Below, one piece after another: positions 45,806-55,977 of a DNA stretch of 64,000 nt. The number at the start of each line of letters is the position of its first letter. Positions within the stretch are counted from its first letter, which is position 1. The notes below the pieces were generated by a model. That model ran no database searches and was not told where the DNA came from. It saw only the letters and a program-made list of their open reading frames with translations. The stretch is from assembly GCA_964527775.1 (NCBI GenBank), contig CAZGQS010000002.1, positions 105,701-169,700 on the forward strand. Direction: 5' to 3'. Origin of the DNA: an uncultured Rhizobium sp. Its GTDB lineage: Bacteria; Bacteroidota; Bacteroidia; NS11-12g; UBA955. The position numbers and the translations under genes were made by a program.

Positions 45806-45924
45806 CGGTGATCGGTGATCGGTGGTCGGTGGTCAGCCGTCGGCTTTAGGGTGCAGGCTGTCAGCTGTATGCTATTCGCTTTGGTCTGATAACCGATAAC
45901 CGATCACCGATCACCGATCACTGA
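45806..45924. repeat. Heptanucleotide composite repeat with inverted arms (17 phase-locked units, long hairpin)
   Basis: Units in order: CGGTGAT x2, CGGTGGT x2, CAGCCGT, CGGCTTT, AGGGTGC, AGGCTGT, CAGCTGT, ATGCTAT, TCGCTTT, GGTCTGA, TAACCGA x2, TCACCGA x2, TCACTGA. The right arm is the reverse complement of the left arm (about 26 of 28 positions pair, counting G.U). Confidence 0.92.
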
Positions 45925-47034
45925 TTACAACACCTCGCTAACAGGCGTGTAAGGAAGGTTGAATGCTTGGCTAACGCCTTCGTATACTACTTTGCCTTCA
46001 ACAACGTTGAGTCCTAGGCGGAGGTCAGCGCTGTCAGCGCAAGCTTGTTTCCATCCTTTGTTTGCCAATTGAATGGCGTAGGGAAGGGTTGCGTTTGTTA
46101 GGGCAAGGGTTGATGTATATGGAACTGCGCCAGGCATGTTTGCTACACAGTAGTGAACTACACCGTCAACCACGTAGGTTGGTTCAGCGTGAGTGGTTGG
46201 TTTTGAGGTTTCAAAGCATCCTCCTTGGTCAATGGCAACGTCAACAATGACAGAGCCAGGGCGCATGGTTGATAGCATGTCTTTGGTGATTAATTTTGGA
46301 GCTTTTGCACCTGGAATCAATACGCCACCAATGACTAGATCTGCGGTTTTTACAGCTTCGCGAATGTTATAATCATTGCTGTATTGTGTTTTTACGTTTG
46401 CAGGCATGATATCGTCAAGTTGACGTAAACGGTTAAGGCTAAGATCCATGATGGTTACATCTGCGCCAAGGCCTGCGGCCATCTTTGCAGCTTGAGTTCC
46501 AACTACCCCACCTCCTAAAACTACCACATTTGCAGGTTTAACACCAGGTACGCCACCCAAAAGGATACCGCGTCCGCCCATAGGTTTTTCAAGGTATTTT
46601 GCGCCTTCTTGGATACTCATACGACCAGCAACTTCACTCATTGGAATCAACAAGGGTAAGGTTCTGTTCACTTCAACGGTTTCATAAGCCAAGCAGATGG
46701 CTCCGCTTTTGATCATTGCGTGGGTCAAAGGCTCGTAAGATGCGAAATGGAAATACGTGAACAATAATTGTCCGGCACGAATCAAAGAATATTCCAATTC
46801 AATGGGTTCTTTAACCTTAACAATCATTTCGGCGATGCCGTACACTTCCTCAATGGTTGGGAGTAGGTTAGCCCCGGCTTTGGTGTATTCCTCGTCAGAG
46901 AAACCACTGCCTAATCCGGCGGTTGATTGAACATAAACTTTGTGTCCATGTTTTACAAATTCACTTACTCCAGCAGGAGTTACTGCAACGCGGTTTTCGT
47001 TGTTCTTGATTTCTTTAGGTACCCCGATTATCAT
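45925..47034 (-). CDS. ald: Alanine dehydrogenase
   Basis: [23 protein letters not shown] and [22 protein letters not shown] (NAD). Full AlaDH-like sequence. ATG 47034 is chosen because ATG 47055 lies inside the -7 box. Confidence 0.93.
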   Translation of the reverse strand: MIIGVPKEIKNNENRVAVTPAGVSEFVKHGHKVYVQSTAGLGSGFSDEEYTKAGANLLPTIEEVYGIAEMIVKVKEPIELEYSLIRAGQLLFTYFHFASYEPLTHAMIKSGAICLAYETVEVNRTLPLLIPMSEVAGRMSIQEGAKYLEKPMGGRGILLGGVPGVKPANVVVLGGGVVGTQAAKMAAGLGADVTIMDLSLNRLRQLDDIMPANVKTQYSNDYNIREAVKTADLVIGGVLIPGAKAPKLITKDMLSTMRPGSVIVDVAIDQGGCFETSKPTTHAEPTYVVDGVVHYCVANMPGAVPYTSTLALTNATLPYAIQLANKGWKQACADSADLRLGLNVVEGKVVYEGVSQAFNLPYTPVSEVL

Positions 47035-47052
47035 GGCTTTGAAAAATTGGGG

Positions 47053-47060
47053 CAAAGATA
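47053..47060 (-). promoter_or_regulatory. -7 box TATCTTTG for ald
   Basis: Minus strand reads TATCTTTG, then 18 nt, then ATG(47034). Confidence 0.5.
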
Positions 47061-47066
47061 CGTGCT

Positions 47067-48065
47067 TTAGGGCATGCTTTGCAACTCTGCAATTATGCGA
47101 TTTGCAATATCTTCGGTCTTGATGAATTTAGGTTTCGTTTTAGCCGTTTCTGACTTTTTGAACCACCGTCTGAAGGTCTTTTCGAAGTGGAGGTTCAGGG
47201 TCTCAACAACTTCAACATCAAACTCTTTAAGAGCTTCAGCGTTGCACCATTGTTCATATTGTTTGGGTATGGGTATTATGAGTAAAGGCTTCCCCAGAAA
47301 TAAAGCCTCGGCAGTGGTTTGAAATCCACCAGCAGTAATCACCCCTTTTGATGTGATTAAATCTTGGTCAAATTTTTCACCATCGATGGGGAACCAATGA
47401 ACGTTAAAATCTTTTTCATATTCTTTTACCTCGGGGTGAAATATGTGAAATTCAACTCCTCTTAGGGCGTAAAAATAACGATTGATTTCGCGCTTTGATA
47501 TGTGCGGTAAATAGACCGTCACGTGCTCATTTTGTGAAGGTGTGGCATCCCAAAAATGCTGCTTGATGGTGGGTGGTAAAATCCATTCTTCATAGCTGTT
47601 GTAGTGATAACCGATATTGAATTTTGATACACAATAATTTTTTAATACCCATTCAGAAGCAGCGTGTCTTTTTGGGGGACGTGGAATCAACTTAGAGGCA
47701 AAAGAGGCTTGATTACCAATGTGCAAAAAGGATTTCCCTCTGAGTTTGCATGCCAATGCACCAATGAATTCATAATCTATAATGACGTGATCATACTCAT
47801 TAACAGGCAGTTTTATAGCGTCGCGAATTAATCTATATGGATTGATTTGCTTGATGATTTTCCACCAATGCAAGTTGCCTTCAGGTTGGTAAAAAAGCGA
47901 CAGTCCATTACTTCTAAATTTGATGGGTAGCTCAGGTTTAAGCGAAGAGTTCGCCCCGCTTAGAAATACGTCTACTTGGGCGTGTTTGGATAAATAAGGT
48001 AGTAATTCTATGGCTCTGGAAATGTGTCCGTTACCCGTGGCTTGGATGCAGTATAAGATTTTCAT
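47067..48065 (-). CDS. Glycosyltransferase (GT-B, MJ1255/GT28-C-terminal-like)
   Basis: [21 protein letters not shown] and [23 protein letters not shown]. Confidence 0.75.
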   Translation of the reverse strand: MKILYCIQATGNGHISRAIELLPYLSKHAQVDVFLSGANSSLKPELPIKFRSNGLSLFYQPEGNLHWWKIIKQINPYRLIRDAIKLPVNEYDHVIIDYEFIGALACKLRGKSFLHIGNQASFASKLIPRPPKRHAASEWVLKNYCVSKFNIGYHYNSYEEWILPPTIKQHFWDATPSQNEHVTVYLPHISKREINRYFYALRGVEFHIFHPEVKEYEKDFNVHWFPIDGEKFDQDLITSKGVITAGGFQTTAEALFLGKPLLIIPIPKQYEQWCNAEALKEFDVEVVETLNLHFEKTFRRWFKKSETAKTKPKFIKTEDIANRIIAELQSMP

Positions 48066-48074
48066 GTAGTGTAA

Positions 48075-48929
48075 TTAGAGGGCGCTTTGTATCCAAAATG
48101 CGACTTGCTCTGTAAGTACATCAGGTACTTTAGATGTGTTGTAAGTTTCTACAGCGTTTGAACTTTTTTGGGTTGCATTGAGCTGATGGTAATAAATTTC
48201 CCATTGTCCTTTCTGGTATTCTAAGGCCGTTAGATTTTCCAACCAATCACCACTATTGAGGTAGGTTGTTGATTTGCCATTTTGTGTGATGATTCTTTTT
48301 TGGGGCTGGTGGATGTGACCACAGATTACATAGTCAAAACCATTTTCAATGGCTAAATCAGCAGCGGTTACTTCAAAGTCGCCAATCCATTTAACGGCTT
48401 GTTTTACACTGTTTTTTATTTTTTTGGAGAAGCTTCGTTTTTCATAGCCGAGTGCAGTCATCAATTTGTTGGTCACATGATTTAACCAGATCAGAAAATC
48501 ATAACCGTGTCCACCGAGTTTTGCAATGATTTTTGCACTGCCGCGTGTGGTGGCATCAAATATGTCGCCATGGAAGATCCACGTTTTTTTTCCGTCAAGT
48601 TCAAGAACTAGTTTATCATCGAGGGTGAGATTACCCAATTTTGTGCCAGAGTATTTGCGGAGGGCTTCGTCGTGGTTTCCGGTAATGTAGTAAACATGGG
48701 TTCCCAATTCCATGAGTTTAAATACTTCTCGAATCACTTGTATATGTGCTGCGGGAAAGTACTTTTTGCGAAATTGCCAAATGTCTATAATGTCACCGTT
48801 GAGAACGAGAATTTTAGGCTGTATTGATTTTAGATAGTCAACAATTTCGAGCGCGTGACACCCGAATGTTCCTAGGTGAAGGTCGCTTAAAACGCAAACT
48901 TCCAAAGTTCTTCTTTGAGGGCTTTGCAT
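48075..48929 (-). CDS. UDP-2,3-diacylglucosamine diphosphatase-like metallophosphoesterase
   Basis: VLSDLHLG, LNGDIID, GNHD and GHIH are calcineurin-like motifs. The LpxH-type length and context (next to a GT, near waaA) fit. Confidence 0.8.
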   Translation of the reverse strand: MQSPQRRTLEVCVLSDLHLGTFGCHALEIVDYLKSIQPKILVLNGDIIDIWQFRKKYFPAAHIQVIREVFKLMELGTHVYYITGNHDEALRKYSGTKLGNLTLDDKLVLELDGKKTWIFHGDIFDATTRGSAKIIAKLGGHGYDFLIWLNHVTNKLMTALGYEKRSFSKKIKNSVKQAVKWIGDFEVTAADLAIENGFDYVICGHIHQPQKRIITQNGKSTTYLNSGDWLENLTALEYQKGQWEIYYHQLNATQKSSNAVETYNTSKVPDVLTEQVAFWIQSAL

Positions 48930-49000
48930 GCTCCTCGAAAAAAGTACTCTACTTAAAATTGGGTATTACTGAAGTTTGAAATGTATGATATTGTGTTGTT

Positions 49001-49033
49001 AATCAATTATTAACAGTTAATGCATAATTGATT
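49001..49033 (-). terminator. AT-rich hairpin downstream of the C1 peptidase gene (possible terminator)
   Basis: AATCAATTAT (49001-49010) pairs with ATAATTGATT (49024-49033) around a 13-nt loop. No clear U-run follows, so confidence is low. Confidence 0.3.
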
Positions 49034-49045
49034 TTATGGTCACAA

Positions 49046-50221
49046 TTATTTTATGCCGTCTTGGTGAATCATCACAGAAATGGTCTTGTAAAGAAAGTAT
49101 GGCTTGCTCACAAAAATGTAACCGTTAAGATTATTAACCGTTCCCCAAGAATTTTTGACCAAGTAGTATTCCACGCCCGTGTTTTTTTCTTTGTAAAGTC
49201 CTACTATATGCATGCCGTGGTCATCGGTGGTTTGTTGAGCGTCAAAAGCCTCTTGTCTAATTTCTTGTGTGATGGATTTTTGCTCACACGGTGTGGTGAA
49301 GGCGTTGCTTTTTCTCTCGGCACCTGCATTGTTGAATTGTTTGTTATCTTGACCTTCTTTTTTGATGAGAGAATCATGGATGGGAACAAGGGCAATGCCG
49401 TCTCTGAAGCTAAATCCTTTTTCGCTAACATCAGCAGCCCACGCCACAGAGATCCCCTTTTTCAAGGCCTTGTCTACCGCTTGAGTCATTTCATTGAGGG
49501 GTAGGTTTTCAGCCATTTGCATGGACCAGTTATCGGGGACTTCAATAGCAAATGGTTGATAGAAAGGGTGATGGGTGAAGCTGGTGTATATTTTGTATTG
49601 ATTTTGAATCAAGTCTAATGATTGAGCGAATGATTGAGCGTTGTAGTTTTTACCGCGATAAGTAAATTCAGATGGGATTCTTCCGAGATAGGCGTCTAAA
49701 ATACCATTGATGGCTCCAATCCATTCAGTGCCTATTTTACCTGATGGTTGTTTGACTACGGTTTCTACTACCGATCTCAAGACTGCTATCAATTCTGAGT
49801 GATCATGACGGGTTTTGCCGTTGATTAATCCTGAATAAACTTCGTCGGGAACAATGCCGTATTTAGAAATGATGTAGTTGATATCATGTGCTTCGCCACC
49901 CTCGTCAAATTGGTGTTTCCCAGCCATTCTAACATAGGTAATGGCCTTTTCAACATAGGCGCAGCGGGCAATATACATTTCGCTGAGGTCGTGATTGCCT
50001 TTGTTTTTGCGAATAAGATCAGATTCAATGAGGGAAAGGGTGGAATAGCTCCAACACGTGGCAGTTTTACATTGATCTTTCACTTTGGTGTTTTCGACGT
50101 GAGAGATTTTTTCAAATAAGTATGCGCTTCCCTCTTTGTTGGTATTGAATTGACCAAAGGCGGGAACGAAAAAACATCCCCCGAAAATCAAAGAAACAGA
50201 GGTAAAATTGAACCACTTCAT
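49046..50221 (-). CDS. C1 family cysteine peptidase (aminopeptidase C / bleomycin hydrolase-like), secreted
   Basis: Signal MKWFNFTSVSLIFGGCFFVPAFGQ. Catalytic Cys context QCKTATCWSYS, distal DHGMHIVG (His) and KNSWG. Confidence 0.8.
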   Translation of the reverse strand: MKWFNFTSVSLIFGGCFFVPAFGQFNTNKEGSAYLFEKISHVENTKVKDQCKTATCWSYSTLSLIESDLIRKNKGNHDLSEMYIARCAYVEKAITYVRMAGKHQFDEGGEAHDINYIISKYGIVPDEVYSGLINGKTRHDHSELIAVLRSVVETVVKQPSGKIGTEWIGAINGILDAYLGRIPSEFTYRGKNYNAQSFAQSLDLIQNQYKIYTSFTHHPFYQPFAIEVPDNWSMQMAENLPLNEMTQAVDKALKKGISVAWAADVSEKGFSFRDGIALVPIHDSLIKKEGQDNKQFNNAGAERKSNAFTTPCEQKSITQEIRQEAFDAQQTTDDHGMHIVGLYKEKNTGVEYYLVKNSWGTVNNLNGYIFVSKPYFLYKTISVMIHQDGIK

Positions 50222-50230
50222 GGGTCGAAT

Positions 50231-51310
50231 TTAAACCAATTCTTTGGATTTCGACTTAAATGGTTCGCGAACGATGTATGATTTTGAGCTTCGGAAGTAT
50301 TTGATGTAAATTCTAAAAAGTGACAGCAGGAACTTGGAGCGGGTGAAAACAACAAATGAATTTTCTACGGGTTGAGCACCTAAACAGCTCTTGATTTCGG
50401 TGCCTGTTCTGCCGAAGTTGATGCTTTTTGCTTGGTTTTCAATTCCAAATTCAACCAAATCGAAGAGCATTCGTTGATACAGTTTTAGGTCTTCGTTTAG
50501 GCCTTTTTTCATGCCCAAATGCATCGCAAAAAGATTGTTCTCGTCTGAGATACATGATATGAAACCCACCAATTCGCCGTTAAGGTGATAACCAAAAACA
50601 TGAAATTTATTGCCTAGGCTTTTGGAATAACAATGCAAGAGATCAGCTAGATTTTTACCGATGGCAATGGTTTTATCTTGCAGCGATTGATAAAGAAGGG
50701 CTGAACATGGCGCTATCCATTCATTCGAAGGTAAATCTGAAAGTTTGCTTTTGGTCAATTCACCGCTTACAGACAGTACTTTTTGCGCACGCACTCTGTA
50801 TTTGGAACTCATTTCTCCAAGATATTCTTTGGTGTTTGTCCAAAGGGGATTGAGCTTTAATACCATGAAAGGCTCAGCTTGAACCGTAACTGAATCTGGG
50901 AATTGCTCAGAGCCTAGAATATTTACTGAAATGATGGGGCATTTATTTTGGGCAGAGTTGAACTGATTGATACCGGTATTTGGTACAAGCTCCGGAAAGA
51001 TTAGTCCGGGTGCGCATGCATTTCCAACGGTTTGAATCACCCCTTTTCTAGAAAATGCATTGAAAATGGAAATGAGAATTTTACTGACGTATTTTCCGGT
51101 AGGGTGGTTGAGTTCCATGATACTCATGGGATATTGATGCTCACCCACTTGCACTTTTCCGGCTTGATTTGAAAGACCTGGGAAGAGTTTGTTTTGGAGA
51201 TTTTCTGACAGTTGAGCAGCGTTTTTCAAGGGCGCGAAGTTGCAAATTATTTTTGTCTTCTTGAGGTGAAAATCGTTCGGTTTGATATTTTCATCGTTAA
51301 TTTTCAGCAA
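50231..51310 (-). CDS. Hypothetical protein, possibly a GNAT/FemAB-like acyltransferase
   Basis: 359 aa. The C-terminal half (FGYHLNGELVGFISCISDENNLFAMHLGM...LYQRMLFDLVEFGIENQAKSINFGRTG) resembles an acyl-CoA N-acyltransferase fold. The assignment is weak. Confidence 0.45.
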   Translation of the reverse strand: MLKINDENIKPNDFHLKKTKIICNFAPLKNAAQLSENLQNKLFPGLSNQAGKVQVGEHQYPMSIMELNHPTGKYVSKILISIFNAFSRKGVIQTVGNACAPGLIFPELVPNTGINQFNSAQNKCPIISVNILGSEQFPDSVTVQAEPFMVLKLNPLWTNTKEYLGEMSSKYRVRAQKVLSVSGELTKSKLSDLPSNEWIAPCSALLYQSLQDKTIAIGKNLADLLHCYSKSLGNKFHVFGYHLNGELVGFISCISDENNLFAMHLGMKKGLNEDLKLYQRMLFDLVEFGIENQAKSINFGRTGTEIKSCLGAQPVENSFVVFTRSKFLLSLFRIYIKYFRSSKSYIVREPFKSKSKELV

Positions 51311-51346
51311 TTCAATGGATGGATTTTTTTTACTGCGCCCATCGGT

Positions 51347-51354
51347 TAACTTTG
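51347..51354 (+). promoter_or_regulatory. -7 box TAACTTTG for the M49-like peptidase gene
   Basis: TAACTTTG, then 23 nt, then ATG(51378). It lies inside the longer ORF-track start (51282), which supports the 51378 start. Confidence 0.5.
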
Positions 51355-51377
51355 TGATTTACCAAAAATTCGAATCA

Positions 51378-53204
51378 ATGAGAATCTTAGCGATATTATT
51401 TATGGTGCTTTCTGCGTCATTAAGCGCGCAAACTGTGGTTAAAGATTATCCTTTAAAACAAAGACTATCCATTTACAAGGAAATAAAACTTGAAACCGAT
51501 ACCAATCTCTTGACCTGGGCTGAGAAAAAGTGTTTGGTTCACCTGATCAAAGCCGCTCAAAAGGCAGATGAAGTTTTTTGGAAGCAGACCTACATGGAAA
51601 AATCAAAAGCCTTGGCTGGAATTAAAGATCCTGATTTGAAGAAATTTATGGAAATTAATTACGGACCTTGGGACCGACTCAATGATGATGCTCCGTTTTT
51701 AAAAGGGGCGGGGGTTAAGCCTGTGGGTGTGAATTTTTATCCCGAGGGATTTGATGTCTCTCAGGTAGATGAGGGTGTAAAGTTCAGAGTATTGTCGCCA
51801 TACACTGTGGTTAAGAATGCCAGAACCATGCAAGAAATGCAGGAACTGATGAAGAAGGATCCACAAAACATGCCCCCTCCGATGGAAAAGTTCCCTTTAA
51901 AGAATGGTAAGGAAGTTGAAATAGGGGATTTCAGTATTGAATATCAGAAAGAGTGCATTGCTATCATGGAGGAGTTGGAGAAAGCTGCCACATACATTGA
52001 AAAAGAAGACTCCGCTTTTGCCGTTTATTTGAAGGGACGTGCACAAGCGGTGATGACCAATGATTATATTAGATCAGACGCTGAGTGGTTGGCTTTGAAG
52101 TCACATTTGGATATTGTTATTGGCCCTATTGAGAATTATGAAGATAAATTAGCTGGTGCAAAGACCTCTTTTGAGGCTTACGTATTGGTGAGAGATCGCG
52201 AATGGGGTGCAAGATTGGATAGACTCATTGGATATTTACCTGAACTTCAAGCAGGTTTACCTGTTGATGCTCCTTACAAGCCTTTGTTGGGAGACGACAA
52301 AAATGCCAATCCTGCATCTGGAAATGAGAACGGTGATGTTATTATGAATCAAGGGCCAAATGTTATTGAAGTTCCTGGATATCCGCCGTTAGAAAAACCC
52401 TCTAAACCATTGAGTTCATTGGCAGTATTTGATGTGGTATATTACGGTGGAGATTGCAATGCAGGAAGTAAGACCATTGCGGTTAACTTGCCTAATGATG
52501 AAGTTTTACAACAATATTTTGGCACTCGTAGATCTCAATTAAAGAATACCATGAAGGCCAAATTTGAGGAAATTGTAGTGCCTATTTCAGAGAAATTAAT
52601 AGTTGCAAATCAACGGAAGAACATCAAGTTTGATGCGTTTTTCAATAACGTGATGTTCCACGAAGTCGCTCACGGTTTGGGTGTAAAGAACTTGGTGAAT
52701 CAACCCGAAAAAACGGTTAGAGAGGCACTGGGTGCCACTTATTCAGCCATTGAAGAGTGTAAAGCCGATGTTTTGGGATTGTATATGGTAACCAAACTAT
52801 TTGAAAAAGGGGAGTTGCCTGGAAAATTGGATGATTATTATGTGACTTTTGTTGCTTCGGTTTTCAGATCTGTAAGGTTTGGAGCTTCAAGTGCACACGG
52901 TAAAGCCAACATGATCACCTTCAATACCCTCATGAGAAATGGATGCGTGAAAAAGTCAAACAAGGGTTACGAAGTTGACGTAAATGCCATGAAGTTGGCA
53001 ATTGAGAAATTGGCTTCAGAACTTTTACAGCTGCAAGGTAATGGTGACTTAACGGGAGTACAAAAAATGTTGGCAGATAGAGGTACTGTACCAGCCGATT
53101 TGAAAACAGATTTACAAGTACTTAGTACTGCAAATATTCCTGTTGATTTGATTTTTGATCAGGGAATAAATACTTTGGGATTGCAAAGATTTGATGCGAA
53201 ATAA
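51378..53204 (+). CDS. Dipeptidyl-peptidase III-like (M49 family) zinc hydrolase, secreted
   Basis: Signal MRILAILFMVLSASLSAQ. FHEVAHGLG (HExxxH-type) and EECKADVLG match the M49 HELLGH / EECRAE pair. Confidence 0.75.
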   Translation: MRILAILFMVLSASLSAQTVVKDYPLKQRLSIYKEIKLETDTNLLTWAEKKCLVHLIKAAQKADEVFWKQTYMEKSKALAGIKDPDLKKFMEINYGPWDRLNDDAPFLKGAGVKPVGVNFYPEGFDVSQVDEGVKFRVLSPYTVVKNARTMQEMQELMKKDPQNMPPPMEKFPLKNGKEVEIGDFSIEYQKECIAIMEELEKAATYIEKEDSAFAVYLKGRAQAVMTNDYIRSDAEWLALKSHLDIVIGPIENYEDKLAGAKTSFEAYVLVRDREWGARLDRLIGYLPELQAGLPVDAPYKPLLGDDKNANPASGNENGDVIMNQGPNVIEVPGYPPLEKPSKPLSSLAVFDVVYYGGDCNAGSKTIAVNLPNDEVLQQYFGTRRSQLKNTMKAKFEEIVVPISEKLIVANQRKNIKFDAFFNNVMFHEVAHGLGVKNLVNQPEKTVREALGATYSAIEECKADVLGLYMVTKLFEKGELPGKLDDYYVTFVASVFRSVRFGASSAHGKANMITFNTLMRNGCVKKSNKGYEVDVNAMKLAIEKLASELLQLQGNGDLTGVQKMLADRGTVPADLKTDLQVLSTANIPVDLIFDQGINTLGLQRFDAK

Positions 53205-53207
53205 TTT

Positions 53208-55334
53208 ATGATGAGAAAGTGGATTTCATTGAGCAGCATTGCGGCGACGATTGTTGTACTCAGCTTTTGTTCTAATAAACCTTTTAACGGCGAAGAACCT
53301 CTTTTGAAGAGGTTGGTCTATACTTTAAATAGTCAACATTATCAGCCTCGTAAGATGGATGATAAGTTTTCGTTGTTGATGTACCAGAATGTACTTGATA
53401 GAGTGGATGGAGATAAGCAGTTTTTTACCGTACAAGACATCAAACGTTTTGAAGTATACAAAACATCTATTGACGATCAAATTTCCGCCGGAAGATTTGA
53501 TTTTTTTGATACTGTATGGTCAGTCATGATGAAGAGATTAGATCAAATTGAACCATGGGTGGTTGCTGATTTGTCTAAGCCGCTGAATTATCAAGAGAGG
53601 GTAAGTTACGAAGTTAAAGAGAAAGAGGAAAATTGGTCAAAGACGGATGCTGAACTGAAAGAAAAATGGTCTAAATGGTCGCGTTTTCAAACGGTAGATC
53701 GTTTATACAGAAAAATGGAGAACGATTCATCTAAGTCTTTTGACACTTTGGAGTTAAAGTCGCGAAATGAGTCAGTTAAGCTTGTAAAAGATTGGTTCAA
53801 GAGATGGAGAAAAATGGATCGTGCCGATCAAATATCTTTTTACGGTAACACATTAGCCGAGATCTATGATCCGCATACCAATTATTTCCCACCTGCTGAT
53901 AAAGACAACTTTGATATTTCTATGACAGGAAAATTGGAGGGAATTGGAGCAACCCTGAGTGAGCGCGATGGCTATATTAAAGTGGAGCGAATTGTTCCAG
54001 GTTCAGCGAGTTATAAGCAAGGTGATTTAAAGGCGGGTGACCTAATATTAAAGGTAGCTCAAGCTGATGAAGAAGCTGTTGATGTGGTTGACATGAAGTT
54101 AGATGACGCCATTCAGTTGATTAGAGGTAAAAAAGGTACCGTAGTTAAATTGACGGTTAAAAAACCAGACGGACAAATTAAAATCATCCCTATCATTAGA
54201 GATGTAGTAGTGATAGAAGAAAGCTACGCACGCAGTTTTGTGTTTGAATATCAATCTAAAAAGTTTGGTATGATACAGTTGCCCAGTTTCTATGCTGATT
54301 TTGCTGCCCGTGGAAGAGGCAGAAATTGTGCTGGAGATGTTCACAATGAGATCGAAAAATTGAAAAAGTTGAATGTAGACGGTATAGTTTTAGATCTGAG
54401 AAACAACGGAGGTGGAAGTTTGGCTGATGCCATTGAAATGAGCGGTTTGTTCGTTAAAAATGGTCCAGTGGTTCAAGTGAAAGATCCTCAAGGAAGAATT
54501 CAACAAGCCGAAGATCCAGATCCTAATCAACAGTATAAAGGCCCTTTGGTGGTTTTAACGAATACCTACAGCGCTTCTGCGTCAGAAATTTTGGCAGCAG
54601 CATTGCAAGACTATAAAAGGGCTGTGATTATTGGAAGCAAGAGTACCTTTGGTAAAGGAACAGTTCAAACCATGGTACCATTAAGGGGCGAGAAAACGGC
54701 CGTTTTCCCTCGTGGATTTGGAGAAGTTAAAGTGACTATCCAGAAGTTTTACAGGATAAATGGGGGTACTACCCAATTGCACGGTGTTATTCCAGATGTA
54801 ATAGTGCCTGATCCTTATGATTTGGTGGAAAGAGGTGAGAAGGAGTTGGATTTTCACTTGGATTTTGATCAAATTCCGGCGGCTAAATACGATAATTATG
54901 AAACCCAAAGATATAAATTAGCTGCAGCGGTAGGCAAGCAAATGGTATCGAAAGAATCTTATTTCAAAGCGGTTGAAAAGCGTTCGAAAGAAATTGGCGA
55001 ATCCAGAAAATCAACTATTTATAAGTTAGATTTGGCATCATACAAGGAGCAACAAGAGTTATTGAAAAAGCAAGATAAAGCCTTCCGCGACAACAAATAT
55101 GTTGGTAAGAGCGATACTTTGTATGCACTGCCTGCAGATTTGGCTGAAGTTTCGGGCGACTCAACCAAAACCACACAAAGAACGGTTTGGTTTAAAGGCT
55201 ATAAATCTGATGCTACATTGGATGTTGCTGCAGAAGTTTTGTATCAGTGGTGCAGTTACGGTGAAAAACCGGTGATGAAGAAAGCAGCTAGTACAGATTC
55301 TAAGAAAAAATCTAATCCTTCCAAAGGGAAGTAA
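53208..55334 (+). CDS. Carboxy-terminal processing (tail-specific) protease, S41 family
   Basis: PDZ region GDLILKV, plus LDLRNNGGGSL, SASASEILAAALQDY and FGKGTVQ (Ser/Lys dyad context). 708 aa. Confidence 0.88.
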   Translation: MMRKWISLSSIAATIVVLSFCSNKPFNGEEPLLKRLVYTLNSQHYQPRKMDDKFSLLMYQNVLDRVDGDKQFFTVQDIKRFEVYKTSIDDQISAGRFDFFDTVWSVMMKRLDQIEPWVVADLSKPLNYQERVSYEVKEKEENWSKTDAELKEKWSKWSRFQTVDRLYRKMENDSSKSFDTLELKSRNESVKLVKDWFKRWRKMDRADQISFYGNTLAEIYDPHTNYFPPADKDNFDISMTGKLEGIGATLSERDGYIKVERIVPGSASYKQGDLKAGDLILKVAQADEEAVDVVDMKLDDAIQLIRGKKGTVVKLTVKKPDGQIKIIPIIRDVVVIEESYARSFVFEYQSKKFGMIQLPSFYADFAARGRGRNCAGDVHNEIEKLKKLNVDGIVLDLRNNGGGSLADAIEMSGLFVKNGPVVQVKDPQGRIQQAEDPDPNQQYKGPLVVLTNTYSASASEILAAALQDYKRAVIIGSKSTFGKGTVQTMVPLRGEKTAVFPRGFGEVKVTIQKFYRINGGTTQLHGVIPDVIVPDPYDLVERGEKELDFHLDFDQIPAAKYDNYETQRYKLAAAVGKQMVSKESYFKAVEKRSKEIGESRKSTIYKLDLASYKEQQELLKKQDKAFRDNKYVGKSDTLYALPADLAEVSGDSTKTTQRTVWFKGYKSDATLDVAAEVLYQWCSYGEKPVMKKAASTDSKKKSNPSKGK

Positions 55335-55971
55335 ACAATACCGAAATCAATACCAATACCAGAACGTCAAGAGAAAAGACTAGTAAGGTATCGGTGTTGA
55401 ACGAGCTGACCAAAATGGGGTTAAAGGCTTTTGAGGAGGCCTTAATGCCCACAAGTAAAAAGGGTAGAACAATGGGCAGACTCAATACGGGTGCGAGAAA
55501 TCCTGAGCCTTCTGCCTTGGTAGCTACGGCGCCGATGAAGGTGAAAACAGACGAAATTCCCCCGGTAACCAAGATCAATAATAGGGTATAAGGGAGAACG
55601 TGTTCAACGGGAACACCCATGAAAAAGGCAAACATGAGCATGTTTACGGTGGTCAGGAAAATCATGTTCAACCAGCCGTAAATGATTTTAGACCATAGCA
55701 TTTCAAGGGGCGAAGAAAGCTGGTTTAAGTATAGCCAACGGCCTTTTGAAATAAGGGTAAAGTTTTTGGAGACGGCATTGATGCTTCCAAGCACAAGGGT
55801 TATCCAAAATAGGGTGTTCCAAGTGGAGGCATTGATTTTTGGTTGGCTGAGCATGCTCAGAAGTGCGGTGATGAACAATTGAAGTATCGCGGAGGCAATG
55901 ACTCCGGGTTTTTTCGCGTCGAGCTTTAGCTCAAATCGAATCAGCGAATATACCTTGGCAATACTCTTCAT
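55312..55971 (-). CDS. ccmB: CcmB-like haem-exporter family ABC permease
   Basis: LIRFELKL at the N-terminus, 6 TM helices, and LSLPIVLPFLLVG, which parallels the E. coli CcmB LVLPLTIPLLIF. ATG 55971 is preferred over 56070. No ccmA or ccmC lies adjacent. Confidence 0.65.
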   Translation of the reverse strand: MKSIAKVYSLIRFELKLDAKKPGVIASAILQLFITALLSMLSQPKINASTWNTLFWITLVLGSINAVSKNFTLISKGRWLYLNQLSSPLEMLWSKIIYGWLNMIFLTTVNMLMFAFFMGVPVEHVLPYTLLLILVTGGISSVFTFIGAVATKAEGSGFLAPVLSLPIVLPFLLVGIKASSKAFNPILVSSFNTDTLLVFSLDVLVLVLISVLFTSLWKD

Positions 55972-55977
55972 CTTAAT

